Assembly (NCBI GenBank): GCA_032718475.1
Contig: JAUCBJ010006397.1
Span: 1 to 64,000 of the forward strand
From: Nemertoderma westbladi
Taxonomy: Eukaryota > Animalia > Xenacoelomorpha
Reading direction: 5' to 3'
Length of the DNA: 64,000 nucleotides
In this document: positions 11,657-23,630 of the stretch, one piece after another
How the letters are laid out: each line of letters begins with the position of its first letter
Position numbering within the stretch: the first letter of the stretch is position 1
Position numbers and translations under genes: made by a program
Notes under the pieces: model-generated
What the model saw: only the letters and a program-made list of their open reading frames with translations
Told to the model about the DNA's origin: nothing
The model's database searches: none

Positions 11657-11935
11657 TTCAGTTAAGAGGGTCTTCACCACCGGTTATACAAGAAAAAATG
11701 GTTATGAAAAATTCATTATGCGCGTATATAGGCCTATTGTACCTTTAATTTTAAACTGTCTAAATTTGTTTGTATATTTTATTTAATTTAAAAAAGAAGA
11801 ACCTGAAGAGCCTCTGTGAGGTGAAATAGCTATAGTGTGAAATAAACCATTTTTTCTTGTATAGCCGGTGGTGAAGTCCCTCTAAACTGAAATAAAATGT
11901 CTTGTACACCCCGAAAAACGGCGTTCTATGTAGCA
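11657..11935 (+). mobile_element. Penelope-like pseudo-LTR remnant with an inverted partial copy
   Basis: ~47-bp inverted repeat (11657-11703 vs 11845-11891); hammerhead-like core followed by AATAAA; related motifs at 43010-43180. Confidence 0.55.
11799..11838 (+). ncRNA. Minimal hammerhead-ribozyme-like motif (degenerate stem I)
   Basis: ac-CTGAAGA-GCCTC tgt GAGGT-GAAA-TAGCTA-TA-gt. Confidence 0.55.
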
Positions 11936-14714
11936 AACTTATTGGTTATAATTATACTGCCGTTTTTCAAAAGTGGGTGTGTGTTAAAGCTAATAGAAAA
12001 AAACACTAGCTACCATACCATATAGTCTGTCGTTTGTGACCATTTTTGTCAACCTATTTGGTAGTGATATAATTTTATCGTACGGTTAATAAATACTATT
12101 TTTCTTTGTTACAATTGCTTATACGATATCAATCTGAATGCAAAACATTACATGCAGTACAGGAGGCGGCCTACTTGTGGAGTGATTTAACGGCATAAAA
12201 ATTTGAAATTGTGATAAAAGTGACAAACGTGCCAAAATTTTCTTGTATAAATTAATTTGTGTATGTGGATGATAAAAATCCCATGCTCCAAAAAAAAACA
12301 CTTTTCTATTTCATGTTTATTTCCTTTGCAACATGGATTTTCATGCACAATTTTTCCAAAATTTTGTGAATACAATCTTTACTCCAATGTCTGATGAATG
12401 GCTAAACTATAAATTTCTTCATGCTTCTGTATGCTTACCAATTTAGTTTCCAGGGGTCCGGACACCCCCCCCCCCCCCCCGACAGTTCTTAATTTCGCAC
12501 ATTTTTATTTTTAATTTTGTAAGGTAAACAGACCGCTTGTATCCAGACAATTTGTATCCAATTTTTCTTTCTTAGCTCAGAAAGTGATCTTTTGCATCCC
12601 ATATAGTAACGAAACGACTCGTTTACGTCAGCTCAGCAGGGCAGGAACTAAAGAAGCGGGAAATATCTTCCTGGTCCTGTTGTAATACATAAGGTACTGA
12701 GACAACAATTAGTGCCCGCGGGCACTAACTTCCCAAGACCGTTTGAGAGAGTAGAGAGTGCGTACTATTGTGACTCGGCCACCTCACGTAATGTAAAAAA
12801 AACGGCGAGAAAGAGTGGCGAGCTCCAGCGAGGTTAATAAAGGGTGGTCGCAGCCATACGGCCTCACCATTATATTTATATTGCGAACTGAGTTTATTGT
12901 CCAGTCCATATTTTAGCCGCACTGTTACTTTATTGGTTAACATAAGCCATTGTAGTTTGGTGTTTCCTGTCATCAGTGTACTATGGCTCTTATGGTTGGG
13001 TTGTGTTGGGTGTATGTGTTCAGTGTTTACTTACCCCTGCTGTTAGCCTATTTATAGGCCCAATATTAGTCACCAAATCCAGTGGATTTCTTAGTGGTGC
13101 CAGTTGCATTATTGCAGTTTAATTCATTTTTCACTGTTCGCTGTTTTATATCTACTTTGTTACTAAATTTGATCAAATTTATTCAACCTTTATTTGATAT
13201 TCTCAAACCCTTGGTTGTCCACTCCACACGTGACTTGCCTTGTACGCCAAGACGTGCCTTGTATTTGCTGTCCCATGCGTTCGTTTGTGCGTGGTTAGAG
13301 TTCCTTATCCACTCACAAACAATGCATCGGAGAGTAACCATACAATTGCTACACCAACTAGAGTGAGGGTTGAGCTGCTGTCCTTTAATGTATTTGATAC
13401 CCCAAATGTAAGTTTATTCTCTCAAATGTATTATTCCCTATCCCAAATATATTTGATATCCCTATGTATTTATTTTTGGGCATTTCGCCGCCCCTTATCT
13501 ATTTACAAATGATGTATATGAGAGCGTGAAGATGTACAATCAGCTCCCCACTACAAACAATCACTTACCAACACACCCTGATTCCACACCACTCCACCTG
13601 ATGGTTCCCGCTTGTCAAGTTAAACTGACTCAGACTCTCCTTGATCCCACCCCTAGGTCTAGCCTCTGACATTATGCCACATTTTCTTCCACTATCCCAA
13701 ATTTAACATAGTTAGTATTTCGTAATATTCTATGTAAGTAAACCCGTGATCATCCATCTTTGTCCTACTCGATTTTCGTCTCTTTATATTACCAATTCCC
13801 AGTTTGCATCCTGTTAATGCAACCTAGTCCCGTTTCCCCAAGTTTTGTTTCCTCTTCTGGTGGAAATTCCGATCTGTGTGGAGGTCCTCTACTGTATACC
13901 ACTGCTCGGTGACTCACGTTCAAATTGAAGAGCCCGTTTACAAATTCGATGCCCTTAGTTAGAGAACGACATTTACACTTTTTCACTTTCATTATGTGAG
14001 AAATGTATCAATCTAGCCGCAAGTATTTTTTAAATAATAACAACTATTTGCTTAAATAAATCTTTAATCTATAACACTTTATGATTAAACAGCGTTTTAT
14101 CACACCGGCGAGGGTTGAGCCATACATTCCTTTATCATCCGTGTTATTATTAGCAAAATGGTCTCGTGAATAAAGAAAATTAATTAAATACCAGATGCAA
14201 TCAAATTATATTAATAATATACTGTGGGGCGAGCCACGAAGCAATGTGAGTCTTAGCGTAGGTGTGTCATTAATCAACCGTTCGATATGTCGTACTGTTG
14301 ATCTGTCTTTTCAAATATTTGAAGGTTAATAGCTCAATCAAAAATCGATGAAATTAAATTTCCCACGCCGAAATTGCGTGTTGCCTACGAGAAGCTAAGA
14401 TAAAAGCAGTATTGTTAAATTTCTTAAACACCGATATTGTGATAAAATCGCTCAATTTTAATTTGAATCTCATAACTGAACATTCGCTGCGCGAAGGCCC
14501 CACGAACATCTAGAGAAGAGATATGTACTGTAATCGTATTAAATACTGGATTTTTTACTTGGAAGTTTTAGTTTTGTTTGAGAAAATGGAAATGTTTGAT
14601 TAAAATTAAACTTTTTTTAATTGTCGATAGCAACGGGGAATTACTCTAGTGAAGGAATTAAATAATATAATCAATTTATTTATGTAATATTTTATTGAAA
14701 CTAACTACCCTTAG

Positions 14715-14870
14715 GTAAACGAGAAGATGATATATTGCGCGGATCTACGGAGTTACACGGACTCAATGTGAGTCATCCTCAACAGATGTTAACAGAGTTT
14801 AATATGAACCAATACAAAAGCTTCAGGGTTATAAAAAATAAGCGACTAAAAAGACACGAAATTAATCTGG
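14715..14870 (+). CDS. MAPKAP1: SIN1/MAPKAP1 exon, start of the PH domain
   Basis: TTAG acceptor; phase-1 join (A|GT = Ser); QYKSFRVIKNKRLKRHEINLG; GTGAGT donor at 14871. Confidence 0.85.
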
Positions 14871-15286
14871 GTGAGTGAAATTGTTGGTTCGGTACGACTT
14901 GTTTGTTTGACTGATAGATCGAATCAAATATCTTGAAATGTATTGATTATTGGTAAGGCTAACCGGGGAGTCATGTAATAATTGAAGATCTACGTAATCT
15001 AATAGGGTTATGAACACAGGAGCTAACAGTAAGACGGGAAAAGTATCATACAACATTCCTTCCAGTATAATATTGTTTTGGCCTGCCACTGTAACAATGT
15101 CAATTTAAATAACAGTATGGCGGTTCACGGTTGTCGGCAAAGCTTTACACCCAGTATTTCAACACTAGACTAGACTGCCCCAAGGCCAGAGATTACGTGC
15201 GAATCTGACATATTTCCAGTAAGCCCCCCCCCCCCCCCCCCCCCCCAGATGTAGACAATTTTGCACTGCAAACCTTTTGTTTGCAG

Positions 15287-15618
15287 GTATAACGCTAAAC
15301 AAAGTTGAAATCGACCCGGTAGCCCATCGAAGTGCTGCTTCGGGACTTTTCCCCTCCAAACAGAAGTACATATCCATCAAGGGCGACCATCTAGCCAGCT
15401 GCAACATCACCGAGGAACGGCACAACAAACAATCCACCTTCCGTATCGTCTTCCTCCACCACAGCGGGGAGTTTAAGAGTTACGATTTCGAGTGCGGCAC
15501 TGAAGATGCGACTGAAATCTGCGCGAGAATCAACCAGATTATGGAACTTAGAAAGAGTCAAATTCGAACGGATTATTTGAATCAGTTAACAGCCAATAAA
15601 AACTCTACAATTAAATGA
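15287..15618 (+). CDS. MAPKAP1: SIN1/MAPKAP1 last coding exon (PH domain) to stop
   Basis: TTGCAG acceptor; GITLNKVEIDP...FKSYDFE...EICARINQIMELRKSQIRTDY resembles the SIN1 PH domain; TGA at 15616-18. Confidence 0.9.
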
Positions 15619-16489
15619 TAAAGTCAGACTATTTAGCTCGAAAACCCGACGGATTTGTGATTAGGTTTGGTTATCGAGAACTTTTACTGGTTCGGTACCG
15701 TTTGTTGTAGGTTTCAGGCAGAGACGGTGTAAACCCGTACAGCGGTATCTACGGGCACTACTATTTAAAATCCTACTTTAAGAAAGAATGCGGGATATAA
15801 TGTTAATTGTATATTGTGCACTACATGGGTACGGCTGTCAGTACTGGCTAGAAAGCTGTTAACCCTAATCATAAAGACATCGACATCACACTGCTATAAA
15901 ACAGCTGAGTAATGTAATATTTATAAAGTTACAAGTAAACTATATCGGGATTAGAATGTAAACTATAATACTATAAAATACCTAAATACTCTAAGTGTGT
16001 GTACTACCATAAAAATAACGTACAATAATCGGTAGTAGGCCTACAAAACCGCGGGAAGGAACGCCAATATATTGTTATATCAGAGTTATATCGTGATTAA
16101 TCCATCTGGTTATAATACCAGATAAAGGAACATCCAATAATGACTATTTTTAATTCGTTACATCTGGTGGTGCTGTGCAGTTTTTTATATATTTTTTTTT
16201 TATTAATTTTAAATAATTGTGCTACATTATAATAATGGGTTATAACTATATACAATACAAAAATTTTATTTTATTTATTTGTTTGGAATTAATTTCGCAC
16301 GTCTCAAATCGCCAGGGCGACATATTTTCCAGCTTTATATCGCAATGCGACATTTATTTCTCAGTATGTCCCTCGCCATACATTTTACTATGTATTTCCA
16401 GTATATCCAGTATGTCACCGCATCATTAATAGGTTGTTCTAGAAAGTTTAAGAGCATAACTACAAATAATTCCCCACAAAAAAAAATAA

Positions 16490-16636
16490 AATAGATTCGA
16501 CATTGTTCATAATTAGCACTTTAAAGCTTTTACGGTCCTCGTTTTGTTATTTCCCTCCCTGTCGCTCGGGAAACAAAATCACTCGTGCCGAAATGCTATA
16601 AAGTGCGATTTTATGAACAATGACGTATATAGTTAT
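16490..16636. mobile_element. ~150-bp palindromic non-autonomous element
   Basis: CATTGTTCATAA..GCACTTTA.AGC ... GCTATAAAGTGC..TTATGAACAATG inverted arms. Confidence 0.55.
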
Positions 16637-16950
16637 TATTTTAAATTATTCAAACCTTTTTTCATTTATAATTATTTTGTTAGTCTTGAATTCGTGATGA
16701 TCCTTTTGTAGTATTCAGTAAAACTGTTTCCAGGTCCAATTTCTAAGTTTAATTTATGTGTCTACGGAATTAACATGCGCCTGAATCCGAATTGAAAAAT
16801 TGAATAACCTTCCTTACCTTACCAAGATTCCATAAGATTCAGATCACCTCGCCCACGAAACAAAACTTCGCAGTAGCATCATTAACTGTATTATAAACTA
16901 ATATTAAGTATCGTTCCATAAAAATACATAATAATATTAATATTACACAC

Positions 16951-18918
16951 TCATTTAGTAAATGGTTTGTACAAATGACTATATCCTTTCATTCCGTGGA
17001 CAGCAGCAAGGTCCGTATCAACTTTATTTCCAGATTCAACCAATTTCTTGTGCTTGGAATCCTTCCACAATTTCACAGGCTCCTGATTATCGGTCACCCC
17101 GATCTCATTAATCGCATCTGAATCTAATTTACTAACTGAATTCCTTAAAGATTCATTAAATTCTTCTAAAACCTGAATTCTAATATTATTTGCGATGAGT
17201 TGCTTTTCCATCTGTCCTACTAGGGTATCATTCTGATAATCGATTGTAAGATCTGATTGATCTATATTTGTAAGATCGGGATATGCCGCCATCATTCGCA
17301 TGCGATCTCGTCTTTCGTCCAATTCGATCTCGACTTTAGTCAACGCGGCTCGCAAAGAATCAACCTCGGATACCATCGACTGATTGTCCTGAGAGAGTTG
17401 TCGCAACGAAGAAACTTTATCAGTAAGATTATCCTCAAACATCTTGTAATCATCTTGTAGACGTTGTTTCTCTCTCTCGATATCCTCTTTATCAGCCTCA
17501 AGGTCTCCCACCTGATTCCTCAGTTCATTACATTCCGTATCCAATTCGTCGAGACGCCCCAATAACGAGTCCTGCTTCCCTTTCAATGCCTCATTGTGTT
17601 TGTTAAGACTTTTTGATTTTGCTAACTCTTTATTGAGTAATTTAGTTGTGGTGGATAATTTGGTTGTCACTTCGTCCAGTTGGCCTTTGAGCGATTCAAC
17701 TTCGGTCTCTAATTGGCCCAACTCCCGTTTAAAAACCTCTATAGTTGATTGTCTTTCGCCGAGTTCATAACTTAAGTCCTTATTCGCTAATTCGCTTTTA
17801 ATAAACGAACTCTTTTGTTCAGCGAGTTCGATACTCAGTTTATTAATCCGTTCATCGAGATCATTCTTATCAGTTATTAATTCTTTGTTGATTTCTTTCA
17901 AAGAATTGATTTCTAAATCGAATTTCCTTTTATTTTCTTTTACATAAATCTCATGCTCACTTTTGATTTTATTTTGCTTAGACCTTTCACTGCTAAGTAT
18001 AATGTGGAGGCTGTCCATATCCTTTTTCAAGGAATTGCTTTTTTCCTCCAAATCAGTGACGTGCTTTTTCAAAGGATCTATTTCGCCGTGGAGGTCGGAA
18101 ATGAAGGTATTAATTTTCGCCAAATCTTTGCATTGCTCGAGACCCCATCCGCTTAGATCGTTAGCGGCCATCTGACCAACCATCGCCCCAAACTTCCTCT
18201 GGTAGGACTCGATGTCAGATTTAAGATTTTGCGATTGACAAACTTTAGATATCACCTTGGAGACTTCGGCCAACGAATGTTGCGTTAAATGGCAGGCTTC
18301 GCAAGGAACAAACGCCGTCTCGATGGTCTGCGATCCAACATTGCGTGTATCCAAAGAAACTGGACTTATTTTCTTTCGGTTAGAACAAATCTCATTCGAA
18401 TCGCCAACTTCAGTTTCTCTCAATATAAAATTTTCCTCAGTAAGTTTATCTAAGGCTTCTTCTAGCTTCAATATAGAACGAGTTTTTTCACGCGATTCGG
18501 ATGATAGTTGCTGCACTACGCTGTGCATTTGCACCGCTTTATTCCAGAACTTTTTCACGACCAGACCGACAGACATACTCCTCCCTATACCACCCTTGGT
18601 TACACTCGCTCCGGGTTTAGCCGCCGTCTGTTCGATGTATTGGGAGCTGCTCTGGAGACACAACATCAGTCTATCGATTACCAACTCCAGGAGAATAAAG
18701 TGCGCCATCTGGTTGTTCTCTTCATCGCCTTCCCGATAACTTTTGAGAGATATGATCTCATCAACATCGATATCTGAGGATATCTTATCGGGATATTTCC
18801 AAGACGGATATCGAACTGGCCCCGTTCGAGAGAAAATGCCGTTTATCGACTCTTGAATTTCAGTTATATCTCGTTGCAAAGCGGTAATACAATTTTCAGA
18901 GCCAAGAAGATAAGCCAT
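16951..18918 (-). CDS. CCDC157: Coiled-coil domain-containing protein 157, single coding exon
   Basis: N-terminus MAYLLGSENCITALQRDI...FSRTGPVRYPSWKYPDK, plus LLELVIDRL and SQTIETAFVPCEAC, are CCDC157 signatures; long coiled coil; ATG at 18918. Confidence 0.88.
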   Translation of the reverse strand: MAYLLGSENCITALQRDITEIQESINGIFSRTGPVRYPSWKYPDKISSDIDVDEIISLKSYREGDEENNQMAHFILLELVIDRLMLCLQSSSQYIEQTAAKPGASVTKGGIGRSMSVGLVVKKFWNKAVQMHSVVQQLSSESREKTRSILKLEEALDKLTEENFILRETEVGDSNEICSNRKKISPVSLDTRNVGSQTIETAFVPCEACHLTQHSLAEVSKVISKVCQSQNLKSDIESYQRKFGAMVGQMAANDLSGWGLEQCKDLAKINTFISDLHGEIDPLKKHVTDLEEKSNSLKKDMDSLHIILSSERSKQNKIKSEHEIYVKENKRKFDLEINSLKEINKELITDKNDLDERINKLSIELAEQKSSFIKSELANKDLSYELGERQSTIEVFKRELGQLETEVESLKGQLDEVTTKLSTTTKLLNKELAKSKSLNKHNEALKGKQDSLLGRLDELDTECNELRNQVGDLEADKEDIEREKQRLQDDYKMFEDNLTDKVSSLRQLSQDNQSMVSEVDSLRAALTKVEIELDERRDRMRMMAAYPDLTNIDQSDLTIDYQNDTLVGQMEKQLIANNIRIQVLEEFNESLRNSVSKLDSDAINEIGVTDNQEPVKLWKDSKHKKLVESGNKVDTDLAAVHGMKGYSHLYKPFTK

Positions 18919-19177
18919 TGTCAATTAAAATTGGAAGTCCGTGTAGATATAATTACCGACACAAATGTAAATTAAATTACGTTGTATTATGCTTACTTAG
19001 GGTGTAACAATTAAAATTAAATAAACATTAGCAATAGGAGCTCTACTTAAACTTCTTTCTCTCTACTTTGTATTCCTTTGGTTTGTATCCACCGATCAAA
19101 GGTGGTAAAGTACCGGTACCGGTAGCAAACATTCAGCATTCAGAGTAAGGGGAATGTAACAGTAGTTGTTTGCCGTG

Positions 19178-19190
19178 GTTGCTAAGCAAC
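19178..19190. promoter_or_regulatory. RFX X-box ~260 bp upstream of the CCDC157 ATG, with an adjacent forkhead-like ATAAACA
   Basis: GTTGCTAAGCAAC matches the X-box consensus. Confidence 0.6.
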
Positions 19191-20746
19191 ATATAAACAC
19201 TACCAGGGCGGGGTATCCCATTCCCAATAATTATTATGATGGATGGATTTTCACGAATTATTTTAAATACATCAGTTTTGTATTTTCGACCATTATTTTC
19301 ATCCTTTTTAATATTTCCTCCTTTATACATATGTATAGAATGAACTACACAATATTACATGTAAATGTTTAGCATAGAGATAAATATTTCATATATAATT
19401 TATTATGGAATGCATAGTCATTATAGATATAGTCATTTAAGATGTGAAAACAGTGAACGATGTCTTGAATTCTGTCTCTATGTTATATTTCGTAAAATTA
19501 TTGTAGATAACAATAAAAGACTCAAAGGATGCTGGTATGCCGCGAAAGTACACCCAATAAATACGATCGATAGGTAATCTTCACAATCATACATCACCAA
19601 TAATATCAGTCAGATATCTATATATATCTATATATATTAATGAAAATCCTAAGGTTTGGCGATTTGGAAATACGAAACAGTACCGGTCGGTACATTAAAT
19701 ATAATTCAAACATCATCGATTGACGAAAAATCATTTGATTTAAAGTTTCAGTAGATTTATGAGTACAAAGTTACAAATCCATTTCTTCAAAGGAATTAAT
19801 ATGTATTATAAATGTCACCAAATTTTCATTTTATTAAAAATTGTTCTTTTTTATTTCGGAACTTTTGGACCGCATAAAGTTTGAAACAGAAGTACGTTAT
19901 GGTTTGTATGGGTTAGTTAAAAATTTCATTTTCGCTTTCAAACTTCCTTTCAAACTTTTGCAAATATTGTCTCAAGTCTAGGATGAACATTTGATATTTA
20001 CGTTATTTAGGTTCTGTCCTGTATAGGGTATGGTACACACCCCCCCCCCCCCCCCCCCCCCCCCATTCTTGTTACCCCCATTCTCAGATAGTGATTCCTG
20101 TTACCCCCCATTCCGTTACCCCCCCTACCGTTTACCTATCTAGTTTATATATTCACTAGCGCTTATATCCTGCAAATAATATCCAATATGGGGGGTAACA
20201 GGAATTTCTAGTGTGACGGGAACAGCACGGGGGGGGGGGGGGGGGTGGGGGTAACAGGAATTTCTAGTGTGATGGGAACAGCACGGGGGGGGGGGGGTAA
20301 CGCCATTGTCGCCATTGTCCTTCATTTTTTAAGTCGCCATTAAGGACTCCCATACTCCCATTGCGTATACATTTCTCTTGGAAATCTCTTGACACCTTCT
20401 TTTTCACTATTTTTTTGGATGGGTGAGCTGTGTCATTTTATATTATTTATTTTTATTATTTATTTTATTTATATTATTATATATTTAGCAGTGGCCTTCA
20501 TCTTTCAAGTTATTGCTTTCCAGTGCAATTCTTAATCAGCAACCCATTCAATTCTTCCAACAGGCCTCATGGTAATAATCTACTTTATGTTCCAGCTGCC
20601 TGTAAATAATAGATTTGCGATCAAACAGAGAATAATGTATTCATGAATAACATTAATAATGCGCGACTGGTAATTATTAATCCAGTCTTGGCAAGGTAAA
20701 TCCTTGAATTTATTTACTGACAAGTAGATCAGTTATGATTATATTG

Positions 20747-20759
20747 GCTGCTAGGCAAC
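20747..20759. promoter_or_regulatory. RFX X-box ~275 bp upstream of the CCDC105 ATG
   Basis: GCTGCTAGGCAAC, one mismatch to GTTGCTAGGCAAC. Confidence 0.5.
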
Positions 20760-21034
20760 GCTAACACTAGAATGCATATCAACAAAATGTAGCTACAATT
20801 TAGTTTATGTAAAACAAGAGTATTTTTTAAATAATTATCCCTTCTAAAAAATCAAATTTCAGTTTAGATGAAATAATACATGATTTCCTACTATAACTAG
20901 CACATTGATGTGATCATTGCTTAAAGTAATGCAAACAAATTAATAATTTTTAAATGTATGAAATTTGAAGACGTTTAATCATCAACTGGCATCCTATTTT
21001 TAACTCTAAAAAATTAAAACTTTAAAAGGACAGG

Positions 21035-21439
21035 ATGCCAGTTAAAGCAGAAACTTCGGAGAGGAAGGTTTTGCCGTTATCCAACGCAATTATCGGCCCG
21101 AAAAAATGGCGACAGCGGACAATCCGATTAATACAGCGCAACAAGTCAACCGTCCACCAAAACAACAGATCGGTTGCTAAGCACCGGAGTATGGACCCGT
21201 TGCCATCGCTACGGGACACTTGCGCTGAGTCATCCAACATGGTTGCTATAGGTTACATTCGCGAGGTTCGCGCTATCGTTATTAAACTCCAATGTTGCTT
21301 CTCCGACGTCAACGATGAGATTAAGTCGCTTCTCAAAGTCAAGGAATATATGGAGAGATCTATGGAGCACATACGGAAGGATATTATGCTAAACGCCCGT
21401 AGCATAGAAATACGAACCGAGAGACCAGATAGAGAAAAG
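21035..21439 (+). CDS. CCDC105: Tektin-like protein CCDC105/TEKTL1, exon 1
   Basis: ATG; GPKKWRQRT...PLPSLRDTCAESSN...IRTERPDREK; GTTAG donor, 135 codons. Confidence 0.78.
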
Positions 21440-21781
21440 GTTAGATCCAAAAGTATACCTTTAAAACAACTAAGCAGTCCTTATCTATATGATGTGAACA
21501 TATTCCAGGGCAAGAAACTCGTTATAAATCGCTTATTTAATACATCAATACTATATATACAAATAAAACAATATACCGGTACTCGATATAAAGACGTAAC
21601 GGAAATTTTTTCCGCTCATTTTCTTTAGTAAAATAATAAGATATTTTGCCCTCGTGTGTTGACATTTCCACGTTTACAATTTGTAATCAAAAAAGCGTTT
21701 TCCGCTTATTCTTTTTTTATCGAATACTAACAACTCACAACTGGGACGTCACTCATTATTGCGACCAATTGGTTGTTATAG

Positions 21782-21886
21782 GAATGGGACGGTGCTGATG
21801 ATTTATTGGTAAAAGAAAGAGAACTTCTGCTGCAACTTAAAATAGATCTGGAAGACCAATACAAAGAAATTAAAGAAAAATTACAG
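21782..21886 (+). CDS. CCDC105: CCDC105/TEKTL1 exon 2
   Basis: AG/GT, phase 0; EWDGADDLLVKERELLLQLK, a tektin-type D.....L.KE motif. Confidence 0.78.
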
Positions 21887-22330
21887 GTTAATAATTATTA
21901 TTCGATATTTTTATTATTGCCAAGAACTTACTATTAATTCAACCAAAATCGCGCCCTTGAACGTTTCGCATACAAAACTATTAATTATTTTCTACTTACA
22001 CCTAAACCGATTTTCAGTACCCAATGACTCAGTCCAGGCACATATTTTTAATATTATTTTATTAAATTGAACTATTTCCTTTTGATAATGATCACACTTT
22101 ATTAAATTAATATTATTGCATAATTATGCCAAGTACTTCACCAGTCGAAACTATGTAGTTACCATTGCAACTTCTTAAAAGTAGACTTATACGAATTGTA
22201 AGTTAATAAAGTTGGAGAAGATACAAAAATATTGTCAAGGACTGCCTGATATTAAGATTAACTAAATATCAGCGATAAAAGGAGCAAATCTAGTAGCGCA
22301 TCTTGTATATCGAGTTGAATTTAATTCCAG

Positions 22331-22568
22331 AAACTAGCCGCTTCAAGACAGCGTCTTCACGATATCCTAAGAGAAAGAATCCGTGTTCTAGAACTGACAA
22401 ACATAGCATCGGCGAGCGTCAACAACGATTACAGTATGGAGTTACACCCAGCCTCGTGGCGAGGGTTGGTGAAACGGACGACTAGTCAGAGATCGCTTAC
22501 CAGTAGGAGTCAGTATGACGGAAACATATTATCAGATTCCGCGCAAAACAGACAAACATCACGTGAAG
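22331..22568 (+). CDS. CCDC105: CCDC105/TEKTL1 exon 3
   Basis: TTCCAG acceptor; open frame KLAASRQRLHDILRERIRVLEL...; GTAAAG donor, phase 1. Confidence 0.72.
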
Positions 22569-22750
22569 GTAAAGATATTAATCAGTAATAATGTACTTCG
22601 CTCATCCCACCGACAAAATATTTATTGTCTGTTTCATTTCTCGGTATTCCTCCTTTCTATTACTTTCATGTCCATTACATTAATTTCCGTTCTATTACTT
22701 TACTTATCATTACTTTCCATTCCACTATCTTTACCATTACTTTACTTTCC

Positions 22751-23630
22751 ATTACTTACCATCCAATTACTCTCCATTCCATTACTTACCATCCAATTAC
22801 TCTCCATTCCATTACTTACCATCCAATTACTCTCCATTCCATTACTTACCATCCAATTACTCTCCATTCCATTACTTTCCATCCAATTACTCTCCATTCC
22901 ATTACTTTCCATCCAATTACTCTCCATTCCATTACTTTCCATCCAATTACTCTCCATTCCATTACTTTCCATCCAATTACTCTCCATTCCATTACTTTCC
23001 ATCCAATTATTCTCCATTCCATTACTTTCCATCCAATTACTCTCCATTCCATTACTTTCCATCCAATTACTCTCCATTCCATTACTTTCCATCCAATTAT
23101 TCTCCATTCCATTACTTTCCATCCAATTACTCTCCATTCCATTACTTTCCATCCAATTACTCTCCATTCCATTACTTTCCATCCAATTATTCTCCATTCC
23201 ATTACTTTCCATCCAATTACTCTCCATTCCATTACTTTCCATCCAATTATTCTCCATTCCATTACTTTCCATCCAATTACTCTCCATTCCATTACTTTCC
23301 ATCCAATTACTCTCCATTCCATTACTTTCCATCCAATTATTCTCCATTCCATTACTTTCCATCCAATTACTCTCCATTCCATTACTTTCCATCCAATTAC
23401 TCTCCATTCCATTACTTTCCATCCAATTACTCTCCATTCCATTACTTTCCATCCAATTACTCTCCATTCCATTACTTTCCATCCAATTACTCTCCATTCC
23501 ATTACTTTCCATCCAATTACTCTCCATTCCATTACTTTCCATCCAATTATTCTCCATTCCATTACTTTCCATCCAATTACTCTCCATTCCATTACTTTCC
23601 ATCCAATTACTCTCCATTCCATTACTTTCA
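22751..23630. repeat. 30-bp minisatellite (ATTACTTTCCATCCAATTACTCTCCATTCC)n, ~29 copies, with degenerate pentamer flanks
   Basis: Read directly; explains the four repetitive ORFs in the track. Confidence 0.97.

Noticed and set aside
12560-14100. Possible LTR or other TE with palindrome TTAGTGCCCGCGGGCACTAA
   Set aside because: No paired LTR, PBS, TSD or coding remnant could be identified.
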